DNA of 22,483 bases, taken from contig NIVC01000394.1 of the NCBI GenBank assembly GCA_002269645.1, forward strand, positions 1-22,483, written 5' to 3'. The stretch comes from Macrostomum lignano (lineage: Eukaryota). Positions 9,901 to 21,900 of this stretch are shown here, one piece after another. The translations under genes and the position numbers were made by a program. Each line of letters begins with the position of its first letter. Within the stretch, counting starts at the first letter, position 1. The notes below the pieces were generated by a model. That model did no database searches and was not told where the DNA came from. It was given only the letters and a program-made list of their open reading frames with translations.

Positions 9901-12900
9901 GAGGCCGGGTTCGTGGCGGACGCGAGACTCGCGGTCGGCCAGCCAGGCGTTCAGCGATTCCAGCTGGGCGTCGAATTCCGACCAGCGCTTGTTGAGTCCG
10001 GTTACCTGGCGGTTTGGTTTAATGCATCTGTTTTTAAGTCCGACTACTTCTAGGCAATTGAATTCATACTTTCGATACATATCGGGGATATTTAGATACG
10101 GTAGAATGTAGATAGTTTTTTTTCAAAATCATATTTGAATTTTAGATTTATTAAAAAATTTTTCGATACATATCGTCGACACAAAGTAAAATTCACATTG
10201 GATTTAAAAAAGTATATTACGATACATATCGGCGACACAAAGTAGGATTAAAATGCCTTTTTTACTAAATTCAAGGCATTTTTCGATACATATCGGGGAA
10301 CGAAGCGAACGAAAGTGCTCACCTGTCCAGACTGGGCCTGGCACTCGGCCATCAGGTCTTTCATAGCTTTGGCCAGCGCCGCCGTCTCGTCTTCGATCTG
10401 CTTCCGGCCGTCCGCGTTGCTGCCCTCGGCCGCCAGTCGGCCTCGTTCGTCGGCCCGTCGGATTTTCTCTTCGCCGACAGGCTTCGCGTCCACCGTGTCG
10501 CGGAGCAGCTGGGCGCGCGCATCCAGACTTTGCCGGTCGGTGCGCAGCTGGTCGTCGGCGCCGAGACGATCGCGCGCCATCTCCAGCCACTCGGAGGCGT
10601 CGGCGACGGCCTCCTTGTACTGCTGGTGGTCGCGGAGGCGGCGGTCGGCGTCCCGGAGTCTGTCAGGGGGATGGGGGTTGAAATTTTTTGTCTGACTTTG
10701 GTGACACTCTCCATTGGTCACTCTGGTGTCACTCTCCATTGGTCACCCTGGTGTCACTCTCCATTGGTCACACTTGTGGCACTCTCCTGTACTTTCACTC
10801 TACTGTACAGTACAGGGGCCACTATAAATTGATATCTCTAAATTAGTCACTCTATCTTAGATCGGTCACTTTGAAGAGATCGGTCACTAAATAGATCAGT
10901 CACTCTAGGTCGGTCACTCCGAAATTGGCCTCACCTTCCAGTGAGCTCAGCATCGAGCATCTCGAACTCCTTGACCATCTTCATGACTCCCTCGGTGGCC
11001 TCGGACGGCTCCTGCGTCTCCAGCATCGCGGCCGCTTTGTCCGCCAGGCCGCGCACCGCCGGCTGATGGCCTCGGAGCGCAGTTTGCAGATTGCGCAATC
11101 GCTCGGCCTGAGCGCGCTTCTCCGCCAAACTGGCAGCAGCGCCGTCGGCCGGCTCGGCGTCCAGCTGAGCGCGATAGTCACGAAGCCAGCGCTCGACCTG
11201 GTCGGAGCCCTCCTCGTACAGAGTCCATTGCGCAAGAGCACCATCAAGCTGTTGACGCGATCGGCCCAGATCAGCTAGGCAGGAATCCCATCTGAAGTTA
11301 TTGAAGTTATCGATACATATCGGCTATGCCACCTACGTGCATATTAGATTATGTAAGCTACAAAATGCTGATTTTCGATACATATCGGCTGTGTAAATTT
11401 AATAGAAAACTTTTTTTCAGACGATATGTTTCGAAAAACGCATAGAAAGCCGACGAACCTGTCTTGCAGTTGCTGCGCCGCCTGACGCAGTCGATCTCGT
11501 CCGGCGCCAGACGTCGCCGGCAGCACCGTCGACTGCAGCCGATCCTGCAGAGCCGCCAGCCGACGGAATCCGTCCTCCCGTTCGGCGTTCAGCTCGGCCA
11601 GGGTGGCCAGCCGGGCCTGGATCTCGAACCGATCGCCCCGGCCGTCACCGCACTGTCCGAGCCGGTCCTCAAAGTCGGCCAGCCAGTCGTCGACGTCAGC
11701 CATCTCGCGGTCGAGCTGGCCGTGATCCTCGGCGTGGCCGCGCCAAACGGCGGCCTGGTCGGACAGCTGGTCGCGCAGTAGAGAGAATCGACCGGTTAGG
11801 CTGGCCGCCTGGCCGGTCACGTGACCTTCCCGACTGGCCTTGGCGACGTCGGCCGCGGCATCGTGCAGTCGGCCGTTGAAATCGCGTTCGGCCACTTCGT
11901 CGGCCCAGGCGGCGGCGTCGGACAGACGGTCGGCCAGAGCGGATTTCTCTTCAGCATTTGGGCGGGGCTCCGCTGCCTGGATTAATGAAAATTGTTCATT
12001 TTAGTCTTGAGACAATATGTATCGAAAACAAATAAAACAAAGCAGATAAAACAATAGAAGATTTCAGTCTACCCTACTCACAATAAAGTACAACAGTAAT
12101 ATAAATAGCACATGATTTTTCCGCTTACTTTCAAATGCGCCTCGGCCGTTCGAACGTGCTCGGTGCAGAGCTTGTGAGCCTCTTCGTACTCGGCCCAGCG
12201 ATCGGCGCAGTCAGACAGGTCGCGCTTGGCCTGTTCGACAGAATCGACAAAGTCGGTCCATTCGACGCGCAGGTCGCCGGCCTCGGCTTGGATGGCATCG
12301 ACGCCGGAGCTGCCGGTGCGTCGGCAGACGGCCTCGGCCAGGCTGTCCACTTTATCCAGGCGTTGCTCGCCCTCGGCCTGGGCGCGGCTCAGGTCCTGAG
12401 TTGTTTTCGGCGAAGTTAAGATTTTTTGGTTAAAAAGTACATTTTAGTACTCGCGAACTTTTACAGATTCGAGAGTGCTTCCAAGGACTTCTAGATTGCA
12501 AAATTATCGGATTTTAAATACTTTTAGTACACATGCACTTTTAGGTGCACTTGTACTTTAAAAAACAGTTCAAGAAAGTAAAGTGAAGCTATCTAGAAAA
12601 ATCGCATTACAACACCTTTTTATCGTAGTAGAGTCGAAACAAAATGAAATAGGGTGCTTGGGAATAAAATACAGGAGGCACATGACGACAGTATGGAATG
12701 CGTTTGCATCTATTCGATAGCAAGGCCATCAAGCGTGAATTACAGCCTTTAAGAGAATAAAATATACAGAGTAGATCCTTAGAGGAGCTTTAAAAAGTGC
12801 AGAGCAATCATCCAGGGAGAAGAGTTCGACAAAAGACACGACAGCAATACTTACGATTCTCCGCTGAAATAGTCATTTCATGGAAATGGGAAAACGTATG

Positions 12901-15900
12901 CAATACATAGTTGGTACATTTTTAATTTGATAATCAAAACTACGGTATAGGATTCAATCTTTTTGGAATCGAACCAACGACTTTTTAACGGGATTCGAAC
13001 CAACGACTTTCTAACGGGATTCGAATCAACGACTTTCTTACACAAGATTCGAACCAATGACTTTCTAAGACAGGATTCGAACTAACGACTTTCTAAGACA
13101 GGATTCGAACCAACGACTTTCCAAGATTGGATTCGAACCAACGACTTTGTAACACGGGATTCGAACCAACGACTTCCTACACGGGATTCGAACCAACAAC
13201 TTTCTAGCATAGGATTTGAACCAACGAATTTATGCTTCGTTAGATTGTCAGGCAAATAAGCCCCAGGATTTGAACTAACGACTTTCCTACACAGGATTCG
13301 AACCAACGACTTCCCGATCATGAAGCAAACGCTGTAAACCACCCGGCTAAACAGCCCACGCCTGCTAAGCCTACCCTGGAATGCCTTTATCCATGCAAAA
13401 CTCACGTCCAGCCGATCCAAGCGGCTCTGCAGCGCCTGCCGGTCGCCAGTCAGATCTGAGCAGACTGCCAGTCGTTCGCCAAGTCCGGAAATCCAGTTTC
13501 CAGCATCGGTGCAGGCCTCCTTAAATTCGGCGTGGTCGCGTACAGCTTCGTCGGCTTCGGCCGCGGCCTCTTTGGCAGCGGCTAGGAGGCTCTCGTGACC
13601 GAATTTGATCTCCTCCAGCTGGCGCTCCTGGTCTGGCGAGCCCGACAAGCCCTGGCTGGCCATGCCGCGGAACCGGTCCTCGGCCGACTGCAGGCGCTTG
13701 CCAAACGCAGCGACCTCGTTGTGGAGCCCGCGAGCGTCGATTAACTGCTCCTTCTTCTCTTCGAGAGTATCGCGTGGCTGAGAGCAATCGTCCAGCTGGG
13801 CTTGCTTCTCCTGCAGCCAGGCTGACATCTGCGGGGGAGAGAGGGCAGTAGGAACTTGATAATGGCGTCATACCTTTAATGACGTTATTTATACTTTGAT
13901 GACATCACTCTGTAATGACGTCATATTTGACGACATCACCCTTTAAAAGAGGTCACTCTTTATTGACGTCATACATTTATTTACGTCACCCCTTAAATGA
14001 CGTCATACCTTTAATGACGTCTTACTTTAATGACGTCACCATTAAATGAAATGATCCTTTAATGACGTCAGCCTTTAACCAAACCGCCCAAAAATGACGC
14101 AACCATTCAATGACGTAATCATTTGATGACGTAATTTTTTCTCACCTGCTCCAGCTGCTCTCCCAAGCCGCGCCACTGATTGGCGCTCTGCTCCAGCTGC
14201 TTCCTCCTAGTGGTCAGCTGATCAACCAAACCGTCTAATCGATTTTTCAATCCTCGAACTTCGCCTCGGACCCGATCGCGGCCGGCGGCTCCGCTAGCTG
14301 AGCACACTTTCTCAGCGGCGGCGTTCAACGACTGCAGCTTGGAGTACAGCTCGCTGCGGCGCTGCGCCAGCTCCTCGGCCAACCGCTGCTTGGCCTCCAG
14401 ATCGTCGGCGGTGCCAGCGGTGTCCAGGTCGCGAGCCTCGTCCTCCAGTTCGTCGATGTCGGCGGTGAGCTGCTCGAGCTCCTGCTGGTAGGCTTCGTGA
14501 TCGGCGGCTGCGGCGGCGGCCTTCTCAGCAGAGGCCTCGGTGGCTTTGGCCAGGGAGCGAAGGCGCGACTGCAGCTGCGGCTGCGAGCTTGAGTCCAGGT
14601 TGTTCAGGTCGGGCTCCATCGACTGGGGTGTTGCGGGATACAAATGCTCAGCATTAGCGGCAGCACTGCACAGAATCGCTGCATAGAGCTTCATCAAATC
14701 CTGACTGGAGATCAAGGCTTGATCTCAGTTTAACATGCTCGCTAGATCCACTCATCGTTAGCCTCTAACTGGATCTTTAATGGGTCACAACTAGATCCTC
14801 ACTGGATCCCAACGAGATCCTCACTAGATCCTCACTGGATCCCAACTAGATACTTACTAGATCAAAACTAGATCATCACCGGATCCCAAATAGATCCTCA
14901 CTAGATCCCAACGAGATCCCAACTAGATCATCACTAGATTCCAACTAGATCCTTACTAGATCCCAACTAGATTCTCACTAGATCCCAACTAGATCCTCAA
15001 TGGATCCCATCTAGATCCTCACTAGATCCTCACTGGATCCCAACTAGATACGCAATAGATTCCAACTAGATCCTCACTAGATCCCAACTAGATCCTCAAT
15101 AGATCCCAACTAGATCCTCAATAGATCCCATCTAGATCCTCACTAGATCCTCACTGAATCCTAACTAGATACTTACTAGATCAAAACTAGATCATCACCG
15201 GATCCCAAATAGATCCTTACTAGATCCCAAAGAGATCCCTACTAGATCATCACTAGATCCCAACTAGATCCTTACTAGATCCCAACTAGATACGCAATAG
15301 ATTCCAACTAGATCCTCACTAGATCCCAACTGGATCCTCAATAGATCCCAACTAGATCCTCACTAGATCCCAACTAGATCCTCAATAGATCCCAACTAGA
15401 TCCTCATTAGATCCCAAATAGCTACTCACTATAGATGCCCAACAGATCCCCCAACATCCCGCTCCCCAGCCTCACCTGCACATCGTCCAGCAGCCGCTGC
15501 AGCGCCTCCACCTGGTCTCGCTTCTCATCCAGCGAGTTTTTGGCGCCGCCAGCCTCCCGGCCGCGCGACTCCATGGCTGCCAGCTGGGCGGCCAGGTCCG
15601 TCTCCAGCGCCTCTGCCCGGCCCAGCCTGTCCAGCGTGTCCTCCAGATCGGCCTTGGCCTGCTGCGCCCGCTCCCTGTGCGCGTCCCAGGCTCGTTGAAG
15701 CTCGTCCAGCTCGGCCTGCAGCTTCGCCCGCTGGGCCGGCGACGCCCCCGACATGGCGCGGCGCACCGCCTCCATGGCCGCTTGGATCCTGGCCGCGCCC
15801 TCCTCCTCCGAGTTGATCAGATCGTTCAGCCGGTCCAGCCGGCTGGCTAGGCTGGCTTTGTCGCCCGCCTCGGTTGAGGTCAGGGGTTCGAGCCTGTCAC

Positions 15901-18900
15901 CAGCTGTCCTGAGCCAGTCCTTGGCCAGTTTGAGGCTGCTCTGAGCAGCCTGCATGTCTTGGGCTTCCTGTTCCGCTCGAGATAGCAAAGCCTGCATGAT
16001 TTAGTTGGAAAAATTTAGGGAAAACACAAATTTAGACCTACATGTCCGCGATAGTCTACTGACAAATTTTATCAGTAGAATATAACGATTATAGGGGGAA
16101 ATAATTTACGTTTGATTTGAAAAAAACGCATTTTAACTGAGCATACGCTTTTACGTGTCTCCAGATTTTTCGAAACTCGAGAATCAAAACCTAGCTCCGT
16201 CACACTTCAGCTACAAAAAATGCCCCTATAAAAAGTATCTTCCTTTCAATACAAAAAGCGGATAAAAGTGCGTCACACACGAACTTGTTTCTGTACAGTA
16301 CAAAAAGCAAGAAATAGTTTGAGCAAAAGCAATTAAATAATTGATTAAATAAAACAAATTCTAACAGAGACCGAACAAAGGCACGAACTGCTGGCAAAGG
16401 TGGTAGTTGTCAAGGTAAATGCATAGAGCTCTGAGCTGCTACAGTCCATAGCCTATCTACACTAGATGGCTGACTTAGCTATTGTTGTAATTGCAAAAAA
16501 CAAAAAGTCTGCTGTGGCTACTGCTGGAAGGCGTAGATAAGTAGTATATCTGCCACTTTAGCTAGTGAAGCGACAGGTGATCAAAAAACAACTATTGATT
16601 TAAAATTTCCCTTCTGGAGGCTCAGCGATGGAGGAAATGAATGCAAATGTGTATCCTGCTTTACCGAACACATCTGGCCATTGGCGAGGTGGCCCTCGGG
16701 CTCCTGTTGCAGGTTGCGTTGAAATTTAGAAAGTACTTTTAATAGTTTTAGTATCTAGGTAAGGTAGCGTAGGATTGTAATTTCGCGAGAAGAGGTGTAG
16801 CTTCTAGCTTCTAGGTGTCCATGGCAGAGTTTTGTGGGTGGTGTCAGGACAGGCTTTAAATGCAATATTTGTCACTCCAAAGACAGGCACTCTAAGAAGT
16901 CGCTCTAAAGACAGGCACTTTAAATAGGCATTCTAATGCACCTTGTCAATCTAGAGACAAGCAATCTGAATAGTCACTTTCGAGACAGGCACTATAAATA
17001 CAGTAGTCACTCGCACTCTAAATAGCTAATCAAAAGACTCTAAAAAGTCGCTCTAGAGACAGGCACACTAATACACCTTGTCACTCTAGAGACAGGCACT
17101 CTAATACACCTTGTAACTCGAGATAGGCACTCTAATATACCTTGTCTCTCTAGAGACAGGCACTCTAATACACCTTGTCACTCTAGAGACAGGCACTCCA
17201 ATACACCTTTTCACTCTAGAGACAGGCACTCTAATACACCTGTGTCACTCTAGAGACGCGCTCCAATACACCTTCTCACTCTTAAGACAGGCACTCTAAT
17301 ACACCTTGTCACTCTAAAGACAGGCACTCTAATACACCTTGTCACTCTTAAGACAGGGCCTTCTAGTGGCCCTCTAAGCAGAGGATCCACCAAAAATGTC
17401 TAAAAACCGTGCCATCAAAAACTAAGACTAAAAAACTCGGCCTAATCAAGTCAACCACCCCGCCCTCCTCCCTATCCCCACCAGCCTAAACTGGACCAGC
17501 CTCAACTCATCCCCGCATGCCTTAGCCAGGCTCCGCAGGCGCTCGTATCGCTGGCCGGCGTCCCGCACAAACTGCATCGCCTCGCCGCCATCGCCATTCG
17601 CCGTCGCCGTCGCTGCCTCGTCAGTCAGGGCGACCGCCTTCTCCACCAACTGATCCAAGGGTCGCCGGCGGGCTTGAACTTCTTGAAGCAGCGACAGCGC
17701 TTCGCTGGCGCGGCGCCGACGTTGATTCGCGTCGGCGGCGCCGTCGTCCACGTTGGCCTCCGCCTCTGCTGCCGCGGCTCGAGCCTCGGCCGACTCCAGC
17801 CAGCTGCTCAGGGCCTGCCGGTGCTCCTCGAACGAGCCCAGCCGGTTCAACCGCGAGTGCAGCCGCTCCACCGACTCCTCCAGCGACACCTCGGCGTCAT
17901 CAACATCTTCGCCGATGCCGCGCAGTTTTGACTTCAATGACTCCCGGCCGGCCGATGCGGTGTCGGGCAGGACGGACTCCTCAGCCCGGCGGCACAGCGA
18001 CTCCAGCTGGGATCTGCACTGGCTGAGCTGGCCGCGCAACCTCCCAGCCTCCGACAGGTGCGATTCGACATCAGCTCGACTGGCATCGGCGGTCGCTGCC
18101 GACATCGCCAGCTGGGCAACCGCAGCCGAGGCTGCGGCCAGCTCGCCGGACAGATTGTCAACGTCAGCGTCGAGCTCCGAGTGCGCGGTGGCCCTCCTGC
18201 GCCAGTCAGCGGCCGCCGCTGCCACGGACTTCTTCAGAGCCGGCAGCCGTCGCTGGGCCAAGCCGGCCACTCGCTCGTCCAGCCGTCGGTCCAGGCCCGA
18301 CAGCGGCGCCGCCAGCTCCAGCAGGAGCTCCGCCTGCGGCTCGGCTTCGGCTTCCAGACTGTCCAGCAGGGCTTCGAACTTGTCCGCCAAGCGAACCTTC
18401 TCCACGGCCGACGCTGCAGCTTCGTTGCCGCCGCTGACGCCGCCGCCACGCGCCTGAAGCTCCAGCGAGCGCAGTCGGCTGTTGAACGACTCGACGGCAG
18501 ATTCCACTTCCAGCAGGCGCTCCAGCGACTGGCGGGCCGCGTCCGCGCCGGCCGATGATGACTTTTCCAGGCTGTCCAACTCCGACTGACCTTCGGCCAC
18601 CTCGCCATCTTCGCTGTCGCCGCCGTCCAGCTCGGCGAGCCGGTTCAAAGCGGCCTGGCCGTCGGGCAGGCTGGCCAGCAGCTCCTCCAGCTTGTCCCGC
18701 CGCAGCTGCAGCGCCGTTCTTTGATCTTCGCCGCCTCCGGTTGAGTTTGCCGCCGCCAGAATCGACCTGGCGCCGGTCAGCCAGTCCAGCCAGACGGCCC
18801 GAGCTTCCTGGCGCTCGGCGCGGCGCGCCAGATCCGCCTGTCGCCTGTCGATAAGTTTGCCGCATCGGTCAAGCAAGTCATCGCGTCTTCTTTGAAGTTG

Positions 18901-21900
18901 TCGAATCTCGGGATTGTCGGTGTCTTCGGCGCCGAACCTGTCAATCAGCTGCTGGTCGATCCTCAGGCGACCGGACGAGACGAGGTCCTGCTGGAAGGCG
19001 CGCAGCGAGTGCAGACGTGCCCGAAGGTCGGCGGTGTCGCCGCCGCGGCCGCTGTCGTTCTCTCCGTAAACGTCGACCAATCGGCTCTCCGACGCGGCCA
19101 GCCACTGCTCAGCCTGAGCCAGGGCCAGCTTGTACGAGTTCAATGATTGACAGCTCGACTCCAGGCTGGCTGCCGCTTGAGCAGCCTGCTCAGCGAGCTG
19201 ACTGTAGGTCTGGCGGAGGTTGCTGAATATTGGCAGGTGGAAAAAAGTAACCAATATTGCAGTCTTGCAGCACTGAGTGGCCACCACATGCTTGAGCACT
19301 TTCATCAGCCAAATACCCAGAAGTGATGAGAAGGACGTAACCTAATCCCAACTTTTAATAGGGAATCCCATATACTCAACAGGTGAATCCCAAAGTATTT
19401 AATAGTCGAATCCCAAATCCTTGAACTGAAGAATCCTAATCTTCAAACTGGGGAATCCCAACTCTTCAAACTGGGGAATCCCAAATCTTCAAACTGGGGG
19501 AATCCCAAATCCTTGAACTGGGGAATCCCAAATCTTCAAACTGGGGAATCCTACATCTTCAAGCTGGGGAATCCCAAATTTTCAAATTGGGGAATCCGAA
19601 ATCTTCAAACTGGGGAATCTCAAACTTGAACTGGGAATCCCAAATTTTCAAACTGGGGAATCCCAAATTTTCAAACTGGGGAATCCCAAATTTTCAAACT
19701 GGGGAATCCCAAATTTTCAAACTGGGAATCCCAAATTTTCAAACAGGGGAATCCTCAATTTTTTGAAACGGGAATCCCAAATCCCAAAACCCATATCCTC
19801 AAACCAAGAAATCCTAAATCCTGAAATTAAGGAATCCTCAATGCTCAAACCGGGAAGTCCAAAATTCTCAAACACTAGATCTCCAAATCCCCATATCGGT
19901 GCTCACCTGCACAGCTCATGTGCAGCGGCCCGGCCCTCGGCAGACGTGGCAGGCGCGATTCTGTCCACAGCGGCGCTCAGCCTGTCGCACTGCAGCTCGA
20001 CATCGCCCAGCCGATCGCGCACCCCCGCCAGCTCCGCCAGCGTCTCCTCGGCCTCCTCAGTCGTAGCCGGTTGCGAGCGTCTCAAAATTGCATTCAAATC
20101 GGCGCCAGCTTCATCTAGCGACTGGCCCAGCTGCCGGGCTGACTCGTCAAAGGCTTCGTGCTCGCCAGCTCGCCTGAGCTGGGCGGCCGCCGACTCCCTC
20201 AGGCCGGTGCGCAGGCGGATGAGCCGAGCGCACAGCGCCGCAGCTCGCTGACTCGCCCGATTGTCGCGCCGATCTGCCAGCTCGCGGAGCGACGAAAATG
20301 CCGGCTCATCGCCCGACAGCCTGTCGGCCATGGAGGAGATCTGCTCGGCCAGCTGCCGCTTGCCGGCCGCGTCTGCCGCGATGGCCGAAGTCAGCGAAGC
20401 GGCTTCAGCCTCGGCTTCGCGGAGCAGCTTGTACAGTCTCTCGTACTCGGATTCGAACTCGCGACTGTCGGCCAGTCGCTGACGCAGCCGGGCCTGCAGG
20501 TCCTGGCAGCGCTCCCTGACGGCCTGGACTCCGCGGTCCAGACAGTCCATCTCGCGCTGCACCGCCGGGCGTCCCGACTCCGCCGTCTCCGTCAGGACAG
20601 CCTCGCCGAGCTTCAACGCTGCGCTGGTTTTCGTTTCGCTGTCGGGCAGAGCGGCGTCGACCAGGCTGTCGACGGCGTCGACCAAGTCGCTTGGGGAGTC
20701 GGAGAGGCCCGACGTCGATGGGTCGGCGTCGGAAGACTCGCCGGCGGACTCGCAGCGGGCCAGCCGCTCGTTGGCGGAGTGCAGCCAGTCGGCGGCCAGC
20801 TGGAAGGCGTCCTGGTAGGCCAGGTGGGACTCGAACACCTGCTCGCAGTGCCGAACTGCTCCAGCGGACGAGTCGGCGAGGTCGCGGTACCTGGCGGACA
20901 GCTGGGCGAGCTTGTTGGCCACGTGCGGCGAGGCCAGCTGCTGGCCGCGGCGGATGAGGGCCTCCAGCACCGGCTCTCGGGTGCGAATGTCGTGCAGGCG
21001 CGACTGCGGACGGAGAGGAAGTCAAAGTGCGTCGAGTACTTCACTCGGAGTCTATTTGGCTTTAAGAGTGCGTGCCATTTAAAAAGTGCAAATCCGGGAT
21101 TCTAAAAGTACAAACTTAAACGATCTACCTGGTATCTATGCATTTTTATCGCTGTGCGAATCGTGAATGTGATGGTGAGGCCCAAAGAGCTATAAAGAAG
21201 ATGGACTTCGCTGACATCAATAAGGTCATCATTGAGAAGACTCTCCCAAAGAAAGCTCGAAGTTCATATCGAGCCAATTCTGTGACACTGCCCGCATTTG
21301 CTTTTGCTTTGGCTTCGATATAAAAGTACATCTGTATCAATACAGAGTAGATACCGACTAACAATAAAAGTACACTCACCCTGTGAAAGTGCAGCTGGCT
21401 GCGCTTCTCGGGCAGCCCCGGCTGCAGCGGGAAGTCGCCGGTGGCGGCGAACTCGGCCTCCTTCAGCCAGGCCACCAGCCGCTGGTAGCTCTCGTCGTAG
21501 TCGCTCCACTGCAGCCCGGCCGCCTCCAGCCGGCGCCGCAGCTCCGCGGAGGCCTCGCACCAGGCGTCGAATCGACGTCGAAGATCGCGAAGCTCGGCTC
21601 GAATCTCGTCTCGGCCGGCCGGCGCTGTCCCGGTCAACGCCCGGTCGGCCGCTCCGGCCGCCTGCATCGCCAAAGTCTCGCCGTCCGGTAGAGTTTCGGC
21701 CACTGTCCGGAGCCAGTTCGGCCTTGTTGGCGATGGACTCGCGATCGGCCTCTGGCGCGTCCGCGGCCTCGGCCAGCTCGCGCTCCGCCTCGGACAGCCA
21801 GTCGGACAGCGCGGCGCCCGCTCCGCCCAGGCGCGGTGATCGGCCACGCGGGCCGTCGCTTCGTCGACAGCATCGGACTACGTCGCGTCGCAGGCGCCGG

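Noticed and set aside
13293-13357. Functional tRNA-Met(CAT) gene
   Set aside because: The anticodon stem (TTTGC/TCGGG), T stem and acceptor stem do not pair, and the 3' strand is replaced by repeat; kept only as a SINE-like relic.
16056-16080. Small hairpin ctactgacaaattttatcagtag, whose 15-mer attttatcagtagaa recurs at 2088-2102
   Set aside because: A single AT-rich 15-mer match with no extended flanking similarity; borderline for chance.
12962-17365. CRISPR-like appearance of the 28-bp and 33-bp arrays
   Set aside because: Units are head-to-tail with no unique spacers, the context is a eukaryotic intron, and there are no cas genes.
11275-19212. Alternative acceptors at 11275 (cctag) and 19210 (cgccag)
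   Set aside because: Phase-incompatible with the upstream phase-2 donors; the acceptors at 11292 and 19223 fit both phase and helix register.
13828-19305. ORF-track start codons and extensions (for example MKVLKHVV..., MISSQ..., VSFAWIK...) as real protein termini
   Set aside because: They are read-through into intron sequence beyond clear splice sites; the gene has no terminus in this window.
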